DNA of 64,000 nt from an uncultured Verrucomicrobiae bacterium (GCA_963812605.1 CAWEWF010000014.1:384001-448000); one strand, 5' to 3'; shown: positions 10,149 to 20,244, numbered from the stretch's first letter. Numbers and translations are program-made. Notes: generated by a model not told the origin, from the letters alone.

Positions 10149-10155
10149 TTTTTCG

Positions 10156-11316
10156 ATGCGGCCACTTGCCTTACGACCGTTATGGATCTGTCTCCTCGTC
10201 GCGCTCGCTGCGCGCCTGGTGTTTGCCTTCGGCTTGTTTCCAATCCTGCAACAACGCTGGCACCTGCGGGAAGACGGCGACGGTTATGGTTCGATCGCGC
10301 AAACGATCCGCGAGGGACACTATGACGACGTCACCCGTGGCCCCGTCTATCCCGTGTTCCTGGCGGTGGCGGGTTCGCCGGCGATGGCGAAGTTTTTACA
10401 GGCGCTGTTGGACACCGTGACGTGCGGCCTGGTGTTTTTGCTGGCGCACCGAAATTGGAAGGCAGCAGCCTTGTGGGCAATTTACCCCTTCGCGATCTGG
10501 CGCGTGGCGTTTATCGGCAAGGAAGTCGTGGCGACGACATTGTTGGTGAGTTACGTGGCCTTGCAATTGGTGGCCCTGCGCAATGGCAAGACCTGGGCGT
10601 GGCTGGCGGCTGGTGGTTTCCTCGCCTTGGTGAACTTGTGCAAACCCACATTACTGGCATGGCCGCTTGTCGTCCTGGCGCTGGTGTTCCTGCATCGCGT
10701 GCCGCTCGCCCGCGTCGCCGCGTTGTTGGCCGGCATGGTCGTCCTGATTGCTCCGTGGACCTGGCGCAACGAGATCGTGACGCACGGCGCCTTTCTTCCT
10801 GTCGCCACTGAGCAAGGTGGTGTCACGACGTTTATCGGGAATTATCAGCCGACACTCGGGCTGTGGGAGGGACCGGGCAAAGCGATGTGGGTGCAGGCCG
10901 TGGAGGAGATAAAACTGCAACATCCCAGCGCGTCGGTTGTCGAACTTGACCATGTGTTCTATGCGGCCGCCTGGCAGCAGATCATCCGGGATCCGCTAAA
11001 GGCCGCGGAGATTTGCCTTCGCAAGTGCGGTCGCTTCTGGTTCCTCGCAGCGAAACGGCGGGAAGAGTTTGGCTCGGTCCTCATCCAGCTCGCCTATTTG
11101 GCGGCGCTGGGAATTGGCTTGCGGCGGCGCTGGCCGTGGGATCTTGAGACGGTGCTGATGCTGGCGCTCATCGTGTATGTGATGCTGATCCACGCGTTGG
11201 CGTATGCGGACTTGAGATTCAGCTTGTACGTGATGCCCTTTGTCTGCGTGCTGGCCGGCGGACTGTTTCAAACCAGGGAACGCAACACGGAATTGACAGC
11301 CGTTGCGGCGCCCTGA
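10156..11316 (+). CDS. ArnT/PMT-like (GT39/GT83) membrane glycosyltransferase
   Basis: ATG just after the tRNA; D..GY..IA, R.P.YP.FL, PWT.RN, TM-rich. Confidence 0.7.
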   Translation: MRPLALRPLWICLLVALAARLVFAFGLFPILQQRWHLREDGDGYGSIAQTIREGHYDDVTRGPVYPVFLAVAGSPAMAKFLQALLDTVTCGLVFLLAHRNWKAAALWAIYPFAIWRVAFIGKEVVATTLLVSYVALQLVALRNGKTWAWLAAGGFLALVNLCKPTLLAWPLVVLALVFLHRVPLARVAALLAGMVVLIAPWTWRNEIVTHGAFLPVATEQGGVTTFIGNYQPTLGLWEGPGKAMWVQAVEEIKLQHPSASVVELDHVFYAAAWQQIIRDPLKAAEICLRKCGRFWFLAAKRREEFGSVLIQLAYLAALGIGLRRRWPWDLETVLMLALIVYVMLIHALAYADLRFSLYVMPFVCVLAGGLFQTRERNTELTAVAAP

Positions 11317-12305
11317 ACGGTGAAACTCTTTTCAACGGCTTCGCGTCCGGCGGCGCCGAACCGTTGTCGCTGGCCCGGATCGGCAATCAAGGTGCGCAGG
11401 GCAATTGTCCACTCTTCCGTGTTCCTTGCCAGAAAACCGTTCACGCCATGCGCGAGGATTTGGGCATTTACACCGACCGGGGACGCGACCACAGGGATAC
11501 CGCAGGCCATGTATTGAAGAATTTTCACGCCGCATTTGCCGTGCTCCCAGGGCGCGTCTGGCAAGGGTGCGATACCAACGCCGAATTGCGCCAACTCCTC
11601 CATTTCCGTTTCGAGCCGCCAGGGACGGAACTCGGTTGCGAAGCCAAGCTGCGTCGGATCGCCGGACGCGACGATGCGTGGTTTGATGCCCAGCGTCTCA
11701 AAAACCGCCTTTAAAGGTTTGAGATAAGGCAGGGTGGTGCGACTGCCGATCCAGCCGACCACATCCGAGTTTGCGGCGGATCTATAAGCCGCAAGGTCAA
11801 TCGAACTGGGCACGATGGTTACGCGACGATTGAAGCGGGTCGCGTAATCGGCCAGAAAATTGTTGCCCGCGATAACCGCCGCTGCACGTCGCAGGATATC
11901 TTGCACGGCAGCCTCACGGTGCAACGCACGCAACACCCGTGAACCCCCGACACGCGGCAACCAGATCGCGTCGTCGAAATCGAAGACGACCGGTTTGCGC
12001 GCGGCTATTTTTCGTTCAAAGCCGGAGTACAAACCCGGGAAGACCCCTTTTTGCACGAACACCGCATCAAATTCGTCCACACGCCGCAGGTCGTCACGCC
12101 GTTGTCGCCAGGCGGCCAAAAAAGCCGCGCGGCGGGAGGCGCGCCCTCTCGAATCGAGGTAGAGGCCGCGATAGAGCGCGTCGTCAATCGCGGGTGAGAC
12201 TTCGCCGGCGATGCCGAGCTTCTGCAACCAGGGCAGCAACTGATAAACGCGGTAGCGGCTGGAGGGACCAAGCGCGCTGGTTTGCGTGAGAAAAAGGACC
12301 TTCAC
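11268..12305 (-). CDS. Glycosyltransferase family 4
   Basis: SSRYRVYQ, FDFDDAI, GWIGS, GKCGVKILQYMACGIPVVASPVG. Confidence 0.9.
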   Translation of the reverse strand: MKVLFLTQTSALGPSSRYRVYQLLPWLQKLGIAGEVSPAIDDALYRGLYLDSRGRASRRAAFLAAWRQRRDDLRRVDEFDAVFVQKGVFPGLYSGFERKIAARKPVVFDFDDAIWLPRVGGSRVLRALHREAAVQDILRRAAAVIAGNNFLADYATRFNRRVTIVPSSIDLAAYRSAANSDVVGWIGSRTTLPYLKPLKAVFETLGIKPRIVASGDPTQLGFATEFRPWRLETEMEELAQFGVGIAPLPDAPWEHGKCGVKILQYMACGIPVVASPVGVNAQILAHGVNGFLARNTEEWTIALRTLIADPGQRQRFGAAGREAVEKSFTVQGAATAVNSVLRSLV

Positions 12306-13183
12306 AGTTTCCAGGCGTACTTGGCGATCGACCAGTAGTCACGCTGACCAAACATCACGCGAGTAAACGCGGCAACTTGGACAAAGAACCGCAGAACCGG
12401 CAGTTGCCAGGGGGGATAGTGTTTGCGATAGAAGGCAAACAGGCTGCGGTAGCGATGGCCGAGGGCATTGCGTGGATCGATCTTGCTGCTCTCGCCGCCA
12501 AGATGCGTGACGGTGGCGTTCGCGACAAACACGACGCGCCAGCCGGTTTGGTGCAGCCGTCGGCACAAATCCACTTCCTCGAAATAAAGGAAGAACCGCT
12601 CGTCGAGAAGGCCGATGTGTTCAAGCGCCTGGCGGCGCAGGAGCAGGCAGGAACCCATCAGTTGATCAACCTCGCGGGTTTCATCGTGTTCCCAGCCGTG
12701 CATTCGATACTTGGCCAGGCGTCGGCTGCGCGCAAACAAACGGCCCAGCCCCAGTTCGTCGCAAATCATCGCCCCGAGTGTTGGGAATCGGCGACAGGAC
12801 GGTTGCAGGGAGCCGTCGGTATTGAGCACGCGCGGCCCGCAAGCGCCGATGTCCGGCTGCGCCCGCATGGTGTCCGTAAGTTTTTGCAATGCCGCCCGCT
12901 TCAGCAGGGTGTCAGGGTTCAATAACAGGATGAAATCCGAGGCGGACGCCCGGATCCCCTGGTTGCAAGCCGCGGCAAAACCGTAGTTTCCGGTGTTTTG
13001 AAGAAGTTGGACCTCGGGAAAATCACGCGCGATCATCTCGGCCGTATCGTCGGTCGAGGCGTTATCGACGACGAAAATAGGCGGTGTGTCGCCTTCCGCA
13101 GTCAGTTTGAGCAGGCACGCCTGCAACGCCGGGCGGCAGTTGTAACTGACAATGACGATGGTGACCGGCAGGGCGTTGTTCAT
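12302..13183 (-). CDS. Glycosyltransferase family 2 (WbbL-like)
   Basis: IVIVSYN, VVDNAS.D, N.GFAAACNQG, LLNPD, DERFFLYFEEVDLC; ATGA-coupled to upstream gene. Confidence 0.9.
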   Translation of the reverse strand: MNNALPVTIVIVSYNCRPALQACLLKLTAEGDTPPIFVVDNASTDDTAEMIARDFPEVQLLQNTGNYGFAAACNQGIRASASDFILLLNPDTLLKRAALQKLTDTMRAQPDIGACGPRVLNTDGSLQPSCRRFPTLGAMICDELGLGRLFARSRRLAKYRMHGWEHDETREVDQLMGSCLLLRRQALEHIGLLDERFFLYFEEVDLCRRLHQTGWRVVFVANATVTHLGGESSKIDPRNALGHRYRSLFAFYRKHYPPWQLPVLRFFVQVAAFTRVMFGQRDYWSIAKYAWKL

Positions 13184-14151
13184 GGTTTCCTTGCGTGTAG
13201 GACGCATTCTTCACCAGAAAATGGGTTCGCTGCATATGCCAGACGGGCGCGCAATTGCCACCAGAGCCCGACGCCTTGTATCCCGGGGCTATTGGCCGGC
13301 CGATTGTGCCGTAGGAACAAACTGCCCGCGGCGACGCTGAACGCATTGGCCGCGCTCGTCCGGCAGTGCACATCACGAAACCCGGCGCGTTCCGCTGCCT
13401 GGGTCAGTGTTCGGCGGCAGAATAGATGCAAATGACGGGGCGGATCGAGTGCCCGCCAATTCGCGCCAAAGCGACGGTGCAGGTAACTATCCACATTCGG
13501 CGTGACAACGATGAGGTCTCCCCCCGCACGAAGGAGTCGGTAGCTCTCGGTTAACAATCCAACCGGGTCAGGGACATGTTCGATGACATGATTCATTGCT
13601 ACTGCGTCGAAGCTGTTCTCGGTAAAGCCGGCGTCTTCCACCGGAGCGACCACGACGAGCAGATTATACGTCTTCCGCGCGACTTCCGCCGCGAGCGAAT
13701 CCACCTCCTGGCCGCACACGTCCCAACCGCGGTCTCGCAACCGGGCGAGCCTCGCGCCCGCGCCGCAGCCGATTTCCAGCAGTCGGCCGGCGGGTGTCTG
13801 GTCCAGATACAAGGATCGTGATCGTTCCCGTTCTCGATCGATCCCCATGAGAGACAATGCCGTGCGCAAGGCTACACGTTCGAGCCGGCGACGCACGCTG
13901 GGCGAAGACAACTCGTCGGTATGCGTGCAGTAGGTCTCATACGCTTTCGGTAGATCCTCCGCCAGGGGCATGGGATCGAGCCACCACAAACCGCAAGTGG
14001 AATTCAGGCAACGCTTGAAATTCCAACGGCCGGGCGCGCCAAAAAAACGGTCAGACAAATCAGTGTACATGTTCTTGCTTGCGCTTTCGCATAATGGGCA
14101 ACGGGTCAGGGAACGACTGCGGATTTCCCTCGGGTCGTTTGCGGCAGTCAT
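13180..14151 (-). CDS. Class I SAM-dependent methyltransferase with N-terminal Cys cluster (start uncertain)
   Basis: CPLC..C....CG, LLEIGCGAG, HVIEHVPDP, PPRHLHLF. Confidence 0.85.
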   Translation of the reverse strand: MTAANDPREIRSRSLTRCPLCESASKNMYTDLSDRFFGAPGRWNFKRCLNSTCGLWWLDPMPLAEDLPKAYETYCTHTDELSSPSVRRRLERVALRTALSLMGIDRERERSRSLYLDQTPAGRLLEIGCGAGARLARLRDRGWDVCGQEVDSLAAEVARKTYNLLVVVAPVEDAGFTENSFDAVAMNHVIEHVPDPVGLLTESYRLLRAGGDLIVVTPNVDSYLHRRFGANWRALDPPRHLHLFCRRTLTQAAERAGFRDVHCRTSAANAFSVAAGSLFLRHNRPANSPGIQGVGLWWQLRARLAYAANPFSGEECVLHARKP

Positions 14152-14195
14152 TGTCGCCTGATCGCCCGCCGGCGAAATGGACGATCCCATTGCAT

Positions 14196-15044
14196 CTACC
14201 GCTCCTTCCGCCAAAACGCGCCGGTCCAGTCGACATGCTGAAGCGGAACCTTGATTCCTTGTTGCTTGCGAAAATCATCGATGGCCAGTCGACAGCCGGG
14301 AAGCCCGTAATCGTCAATGACGCAGAACCCGCCGACGGATAATTTCGGATATAAATGGGTCAGTACGTCCATGGTGGATTGATACATATCACCATCCAGC
14401 CGCATTACCGAGAGCTTCTCGATGGGAGCGGTTGGCAATGTGTCCTTGAACCAGCCTTCCAGGAAGACGACCTGCTTGTCCAGGAGGCCGTATTTCGCGA
14501 AGTTGCGTTCGACTTCCTCCCGGGAAACAGCCAGATAGGAAACGGTGAAGAGTTTGTCCGGTCCGTCCTGTGGATACTTTTCCTTATCGGGCTTGGGCAG
14601 TCCTTTGAAGGAATCCGCCACGAAGACCCGCCGATCCGAAACCGCGTAGGCCAGCAGGATGGATCGCATAAAAATACAGGATCCTCCCCGCCAGACGCCG
14701 GTTTCAATCAGGTCCCCGGGAATTCCGTCGTGGAGCACGGTTTCAACGCAAAATTGAAGATTGTCCAGCCGCTTCTGGCCAACCATGGTGTCCGCGAGCA
14801 CCGGCCAAATCCGCCCTTCCTCCTTCGCGTTCTCGCTGGCGGGTCTTCGAACGACTTCCAATCCCGCCCAGCGGGCCAATTGGGCTGTTGCGTTAATCAT
14901 TGCGCGCACGACAAACGGGTACCGACGACGAAGATTCAACTCTTCGAGCGGGATTCCTGGATTCTTCCACAATGAAAAAGACAGGGTCTTTTTCATCAGA
15001 TCGAGATAGCGCTCCCGCAAATCGATCGTGTTCATATCAGTCAT
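14196..15044 (-). CDS. TylF/MycF/NovP-type sugar O-methyltransferase
   Basis: TMVG..RLDNL, GDLIETGVWRGG, ADSF.GLP, GWFKDTLP, RLDGDMYQST, IDDY. Confidence 0.92.
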   Translation of the reverse strand: MTDMNTIDLRERYLDLMKKTLSFSLWKNPGIPLEELNLRRRYPFVVRAMINATAQLARWAGLEVVRRPASENAKEEGRIWPVLADTMVGQKRLDNLQFCVETVLHDGIPGDLIETGVWRGGSCIFMRSILLAYAVSDRRVFVADSFKGLPKPDKEKYPQDGPDKLFTVSYLAVSREEVERNFAKYGLLDKQVVFLEGWFKDTLPTAPIEKLSVMRLDGDMYQSTMDVLTHLYPKLSVGGFCVIDDYGLPGCRLAIDDFRKQQGIKVPLQHVDWTGAFWRKER

Positions 15045-15186
15045 GGGTTTTGTTTTTGCGCCATTCAATCGGGGCGTTATGAATACTACCCGACCAATTG
15101 GATCCCGTCCAGCGCTCGCCCAACGGGTAAATAGTTTGATTGACCCGTGTTCGCACCCTTTTGTATGGTACACGGGTGTTATCCTG

Positions 15187-16329
15187 ATGACGAGGCGAAT
15201 TTTATTCCTCTACTTGACGAAGCATTCGGGTCATTACTCGGCTGCGGTGGCGGTTGAATCGGCCATGCGCGGACTCGACGTGCCGCTGGAATCGATGTTG
15301 CTCGATTCCTTCAGCCATGCCAACCCTGTTCTCTCGAAAGTGACCTTGCGGGCGTACCTGGCGGCGCTGAAGACAGCGCCGGAAATCTGGGAGTGGATGT
15401 ACGACAACCCGGAGTTCAAGGTGCGCACGGCGAGAATCCGTGAATTGTTGAATCGCGGCAATTCGCGCAAGTTGCAAAAACTGCTGAAGGAATTCGCTCC
15501 GGATGCCATTGTATGTACGCAGGCGTTTGCCTGCGGAGTGATGGCCTCGTGGAAACGCGCCACGGGACACAAAAAACCTTTGCTCGTGGGTGTGCTGACC
15601 GACTTCGTGGCGCATCGTTACTGGGCGGACCCGAATGTCGATTTGTATGTGGCCCCCAGCGAAGAGACTCGCCAGAAATTGATCGGGCAGGGCGTGCTTC
15701 CCGAACGCGTAAAAGCCTTCGGCATCCCGACCAACGAGCGTTTCCAACAGCCGGTTGACAAGGCCACCGTGATCAAGAATCTCGGCCTGAAGCCGGACCT
15801 GCCGAAAATTCTCGTGATGGGCGGCAGCCTTGGCCTCGGGCCGATGAAATCGGTGATTCGCAAGCTGAACAAACTCCCGCAGCCGTTCGACATTATTGTT
15901 GTCACCGGCAAGAACGAGGAGCTTCAGGACCGGCTGGCGCGCAAAGGCCCCAAGCTGCGCCATACGACGAAGATTTTTGGGTTCGTCGAAAATATCAACG
16001 AGTTGATGGAAATCGCGGAGATGATCATTACCAAACCCGGCGGCATCACGACGGCCGAGGCGCTGGTGAAGAAGCTGCCGATGATCATCATCAACCCGAT
16101 TCCCGGACAGGAAGCGAAAAACACGGAATATCTGCTTTCGCAAAACGTCGCGGTGGAAGCGCAGGACGCCAACGACGTGATGTTGTTCGTCGATGAGTTT
16201 CTCCGCGATCCGCGCAAGCTCTGGACCATGCGCGAGGCCGCCGCAGCGCTGGGCCGTCCCCGGGCCTCCGATCGCGCGGCCCAGGAAATCCTGCAGCTTC
16301 TGGCCACAAAATCCGCTGTTGCCGCATGA
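15187..16329 (+). CDS. MGDG synthase/UgtP-like glycosyltransferase (GT28)
   Basis: SGH.SAA.A, VLTDF..H..W, GIP, MGGSLGLG, ITKPGGITTAEA, PIPGQE..N. Confidence 0.88.
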   Translation: MTRRILFLYLTKHSGHYSAAVAVESAMRGLDVPLESMLLDSFSHANPVLSKVTLRAYLAALKTAPEIWEWMYDNPEFKVRTARIRELLNRGNSRKLQKLLKEFAPDAIVCTQAFACGVMASWKRATGHKKPLLVGVLTDFVAHRYWADPNVDLYVAPSEETRQKLIGQGVLPERVKAFGIPTNERFQQPVDKATVIKNLGLKPDLPKILVMGGSLGLGPMKSVIRKLNKLPQPFDIIVVTGKNEELQDRLARKGPKLRHTTKIFGFVENINELMEIAEMIITKPGGITTAEALVKKLPMIIINPIPGQEAKNTEYLLSQNVAVEAQDANDVMLFVDEFLRDPRKLWTMREAAAALGRPRASDRAAQEILQLLATKSAVAA

Positions 16330-17318
16330 AGTACTACTGGCTCAAGCTCGCCGAAGTGCTGGCCCGGCTGCTACCACGCCGCCTGAGCTACGGTGTCGCC
16401 CGCCGCGTGGCGGACCTCTACGTCGTGTTCGATGAGCGCGGCCGCCAGTGCGTTATCTCCAACCTCAAGCAAATCCAGACGAGTAGCGGCGTGGCCTTGT
16501 CCCAGCGCGCCCTGCATTCCCTGGCGCGCGAGAACTTCTTGAACTTCGCCAAGTACCTTGTCGATTTTTTCAAGTTCCTCCGCTGTGACCGCCAGCGCAT
16601 GGACCGCGTTGTCCATTACGGCAATCTGCCGACCGTGCTGGACGGCTTGTTGCAGCAAGGCAAGGGGGTCCTCTTTGTCAGCGCGCATCTGGGCAACTGG
16701 GAACTGGGCGCCGCGGCGCTGGCCGCCCTGGGCTACAAGTTCAATGCCGTGGCGCTCTGGGTGCCCGATCCAAAGCTGAATAACCTTTACCAGCAATATC
16801 GCATGTCCCGCGGGATCCATCCGATTCCCTTTGGCCGCGCCGCCCGCGAGTGCATTGCGGCGCTGCGCCGCAACGAAATCGTGGGCGTGATCGGCGATCG
16901 CGACTTTTCGGCGGCGAATCGCACCGTCGAGTTTTTCGGTCGCCCGGCGCGGTTGCCAGAAGGCCCCGCCAAGCTCGCGCTGGCGACCGGGGCGCCGCTG
17001 TTGCCGACCTTCATGATTCGACTGCCCGACGACACGTTCGCGTATATTGTTGATGAACCCATCTGGGCTGATAAATCCCGGCACAGCGTGGACGACATCA
17101 TGCGGCAGGTTGCCGTGGCCCTGGAGCGCGTCATTCGCCAGCATAGTGAGCAATGGTTCCTTTTCCACGATCTCTGGGACATCGAATCCGACCGCGCGTT
17201 GGCGACGGCTACCGCTTTCGGTACGTCCGCGGCTGATCCCGTGGCTGTGAATCCTGGTCGTAGCGGAGCGGAAAGTGCTGAAAAGATCTCGCGACGACAG
17301 GACAAGACGGGCGCATGA
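16326..17318 (+). CDS. LpxL/PatA-family lipid acyltransferase
   Basis: SAHLGNWELG, DRDF, VEFFGRPARLPEGPAKLA, EQWF. Confidence 0.85.
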   Translation: MKYYWLKLAEVLARLLPRRLSYGVARRVADLYVVFDERGRQCVISNLKQIQTSSGVALSQRALHSLARENFLNFAKYLVDFFKFLRCDRQRMDRVVHYGNLPTVLDGLLQQGKGVLFVSAHLGNWELGAAALAALGYKFNAVALWVPDPKLNNLYQQYRMSRGIHPIPFGRAARECIAALRRNEIVGVIGDRDFSAANRTVEFFGRPARLPEGPAKLALATGAPLLPTFMIRLPDDTFAYIVDEPIWADKSRHSVDDIMRQVAVALERVIRQHSEQWFLFHDLWDIESDRALATATAFGTSAADPVAVNPGRSGAESAEKISRRQDKTGA

Positions 17319-17986
17319 TCCGTCGGGTCATCGCGTTAATCCCCGCCCATAACGAAGCGGCACGGGTCGGTGAAGTTGTCGCCCGGGCGTGCCCGCACGT
17401 GGACGAAGTCATCGTAATCGATGACGGCTCGAACGATGGCACGGCAGCCGTCGCGGAAAAGGCCGGCGCGCGGATTCTCCACCACGAGCAGAACCGCGGG
17501 AAGGGCGGGGCGATTGCCACGGCCCTCGACTATTTCGGACGTTCGGAAGCCGAGTTTGCCGTGCTGCTTGATGCGGACGGCCAGCATGATCCGGCCGAAA
17601 TTACCAGGTTTGTTGAAATGGCGGGCCGCGAACAAGCAGATATTGTCATCGGCAATCGCATGGGCGATACCGCAGGTATGCCCATCGTGCGTCGACTCAC
17701 CAACCAGTTCACTTCATGGGTCACCAGCAAGTTGGCCCGCCAGCGCATTCCCGATAGTCAATGTGGCTATCGTTTGCTGCGACGAAGTGTTCTGAAGGAT
17801 TTGCGGCTCTCGACGGCGCGCTTCGAGACCGAAACCGAAATGCTCGTCCAGGCGGCCCGCGCCGGCCACCGCATCATCAGCATGCCGATCAGTACCATCT
17901 ACGAAAAAGGGCACGCCAGCCACATCCATCCGTTTCGCGACACGATACGGTTTTTCAAGTTTGTGCGGAAATACTGGAAAACCTGA
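17315..17986 (+). CDS. Glycosyltransferase family 2 (DPM1-like polyprenol-phosphate glycosyltransferase)
   Basis: IPAHNEA, IDDGSND, NRGKG, DADGQHDP, DSQCGYR, FETETE. Confidence 0.9.
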   Translation: MIRRVIALIPAHNEAARVGEVVARACPHVDEVIVIDDGSNDGTAAVAEKAGARILHHEQNRGKGGAIATALDYFGRSEAEFAVLLDADGQHDPAEITRFVEMAGREQADIVIGNRMGDTAGMPIVRRLTNQFTSWVTSKLARQRIPDSQCGYRLLRRSVLKDLRLSTARFETETEMLVQAARAGHRIISMPISTIYEKGHASHIHPFRDTIRFFKFVRKYWKT

Positions 17987-18143
17987 TGATTGAGCCGGTA
18001 GCCGCATGGATCTCATGGAAAGTAGGTGCTTGTCCTAGCCCCAGTCGAGCATAGCGCTGAAGAGATTAAACTTGTCATTCATAAGGAAGATGGCGTAGAA
18101 GACCCGCGGCTGGGTAAAAAACAGAACAAAGGGGAAGAATCTT

Positions 18144-20153
18144 ATGAAAATCACTCGAATTTTTGCGGTTATGACCTTGGCTGTGGCGGCAGGTGTTGGC
18201 GGCGCCTACGCGCAGACACTGACCACGCTCTACAGTTTCTGCAGCATTACCAACATTGGCGATATCTGTACTGATGGCAGTAATCCCAGTCACCTCATCC
18301 TGGGTAACGACGGCAATTTTTATGGTGCAACCTCATCCGGTGGCACCAATGACTTCGGGACGATATTCAAGCTCACGCCGGAGGGCACTTTGAGCACACT
18401 CCATCAATTTAGCGGAGATCTGGGCGTGGCCGACGGTACTTCTCCGTTCTTGAACCTGGAGAGTGGCGGTCTTTTTTACGGCGTGACGACTGCCGGGGGA
18501 ACGAACAATCATGGTACGATCTTCACCATCACGTCGGCAGGAACTTTCACCATCCTCCATCAGTTTAGCGGGACAAATGGCGTGGCCGACGGTTCCGGGC
18601 CGGAACTTCTTCTACCGTCTGGCTCCTCGTTTATCGGCAACACGGTATTAGGGGGGACGAACAACGACGGCACAATTTACACGATTACGCCCGCGGGAAC
18701 ACTCACTACCATCCGTCAGTTTAGCGGGACAAATGGCGTTGCCGACGGCTCGTTTCCCATAGTAACACTGGCGGACGGCGCTAATTTTATCGGCACGAGC
18801 TTCAACGGGGAAACGTTCACCACGGGCACGGTGTTCCAGATTACCGCCGGTGGCGTTCTCACACCGCTCCATACATTTGACGGCACGAACGGCAGCGAAC
18901 CTGTCATCCTTGCGAAGAACGGCGCGAATTTTATCGGCACCACCGCGAACGGGGGATCCAATGGCTTTGGCACGGCGTTCGAGATGACGCCGCAGGGGAC
19001 GCTGACCACGTTCTATCAGTTTAGCGGAACCAATGGCGTGATGGACGGTTCTACGCCTGGGTTGGAGCCCATTACCGATAGCGCAGGCGCCTATTACGGT
19101 GTAACGCAAGATGGGGGAACAAACAGTCAGGGGCTGATCTTCACCCTGACCACGTCAGGAACGCTGACGCATGTGTATGACTTCTGTAGCCTCACGAACT
19201 GCACGGATGGCACTGCACCAGACGGTTTTATATCGAGCGGCGGGGCTTTGTACGGCACGACGGATGACGGGGGAGCAAACGGCAGTGGCGGCACGGTCTT
19301 TAAACTCATTCCGGCCGGTGGCATTGGCGGCGGTGGCGGTGGTGGCGGTTGCACGTTTGAACTTGGCGCGAGCAGCGGCACGTTTACGGCGTCAGGCGGA
19401 AACGGTACCGTCAGCGTCATCGCGTCCAACGGCTGTACGTGGACAGCTACGAACAACGACAGCTTTATCACGATCACTTCTGGCAGCAGCGGCTCCGGCA
19501 ACGGAACGGTCCATTATACAGTCGCCGCTAATAGCAGCACCAATGCTCTCATCGGCACGATGACCATCGCAGGAAACACGTTCACGGTGAACCAAGCGGG
19601 AGCGGCGGTTCAGGGCGAGTGCACGTTTACGCTGAGCCCGACCAGCATCACACTGACAGACAAAGGCGGTAAGAAGAGCGTCAGCATTAAAGCCGTGGGC
19701 ACGAGCTGCATCTGGACGGCGGTCAGCAATGACGGTTTCATCACGATTATTGCCGGCACCAACGGCACGGGCAATGGCAAGGTTGAGTTCACTGTTGCCG
19801 GCAACACAAACACGACGGCCCTGGTCGGAACGATAACGATTGCCGGCCAGACGTTCACGGTCAATCAGGCTGCCGGGGGATGCACCTTCAAGCTGAGTCC
19901 CAAAGCCGGCAAGCTCAAGGCCACCGGCGGCACGAAGACGGTGAAGGTGACCCCGAACTTTAGCGATTGCACGTGGTCGGCGTTCAGCAATAGTGGGTTT
20001 ATCACGATCACCGGGGGGACGAACGGTGTTGGCAAGGGAACCGTCACTTACGTCGTATCGACCAATGCAACCAGCAACATCCTCACCGGCTCGATGACCA
20101 TTGCCGGGCACACATACACGGTGATAGAAGCAGCCGCGAAGCCGGCGCCTTAA
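18144..20153 (+). CDS. Secreted tandem-repeat (GloVer-type) protein with three C-terminal BACON-like domains
   Basis: Signal peptide; repeated FYG.T..GG.N..GTIF..T..G.LT.LH.F units; Gly linker; 3x C.W.A.SN..FITI..G..G.G.G.V...VA.N. Confidence 0.8.
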   Translation: MKITRIFAVMTLAVAAGVGGAYAQTLTTLYSFCSITNIGDICTDGSNPSHLILGNDGNFYGATSSGGTNDFGTIFKLTPEGTLSTLHQFSGDLGVADGTSPFLNLESGGLFYGVTTAGGTNNHGTIFTITSAGTFTILHQFSGTNGVADGSGPELLLPSGSSFIGNTVLGGTNNDGTIYTITPAGTLTTIRQFSGTNGVADGSFPIVTLADGANFIGTSFNGETFTTGTVFQITAGGVLTPLHTFDGTNGSEPVILAKNGANFIGTTANGGSNGFGTAFEMTPQGTLTTFYQFSGTNGVMDGSTPGLEPITDSAGAYYGVTQDGGTNSQGLIFTLTTSGTLTHVYDFCSLTNCTDGTAPDGFISSGGALYGTTDDGGANGSGGTVFKLIPAGGIGGGGGGGGCTFELGASSGTFTASGGNGTVSVIASNGCTWTATNNDSFITITSGSSGSGNGTVHYTVAANSSTNALIGTMTIAGNTFTVNQAGAAVQGECTFTLSPTSITLTDKGGKKSVSIKAVGTSCIWTAVSNDGFITIIAGTNGTGNGKVEFTVAGNTNTTALVGTITIAGQTFTVNQAAGGCTFKLSPKAGKLKATGGTKTVKVTPNFSDCTWSAFSNSGFITITGGTNGVGKGTVTYVVSTNATSNILTGSMTIAGHTYTVIEAAAKPAP

Positions 20154-20244
20154 TCCCGCAAGATAGTTGACGGAACGAGCGGTTGCGAAAAGTGGAGTGG
20201 GCGAGGGCCCATTCTAACGCACAGGAGGTGTGTCTCCTGCGCGT

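Noticed and set aside
10027-10155. N-terminal extension of the GT-C ORF
   Set aside because: It runs through the promoter and tRNA-Val; the start was moved to 10156
10072-15044. Integrative island at tRNA-Val
   Set aside because: No integrase and no duplicated tRNA 3' end noticed
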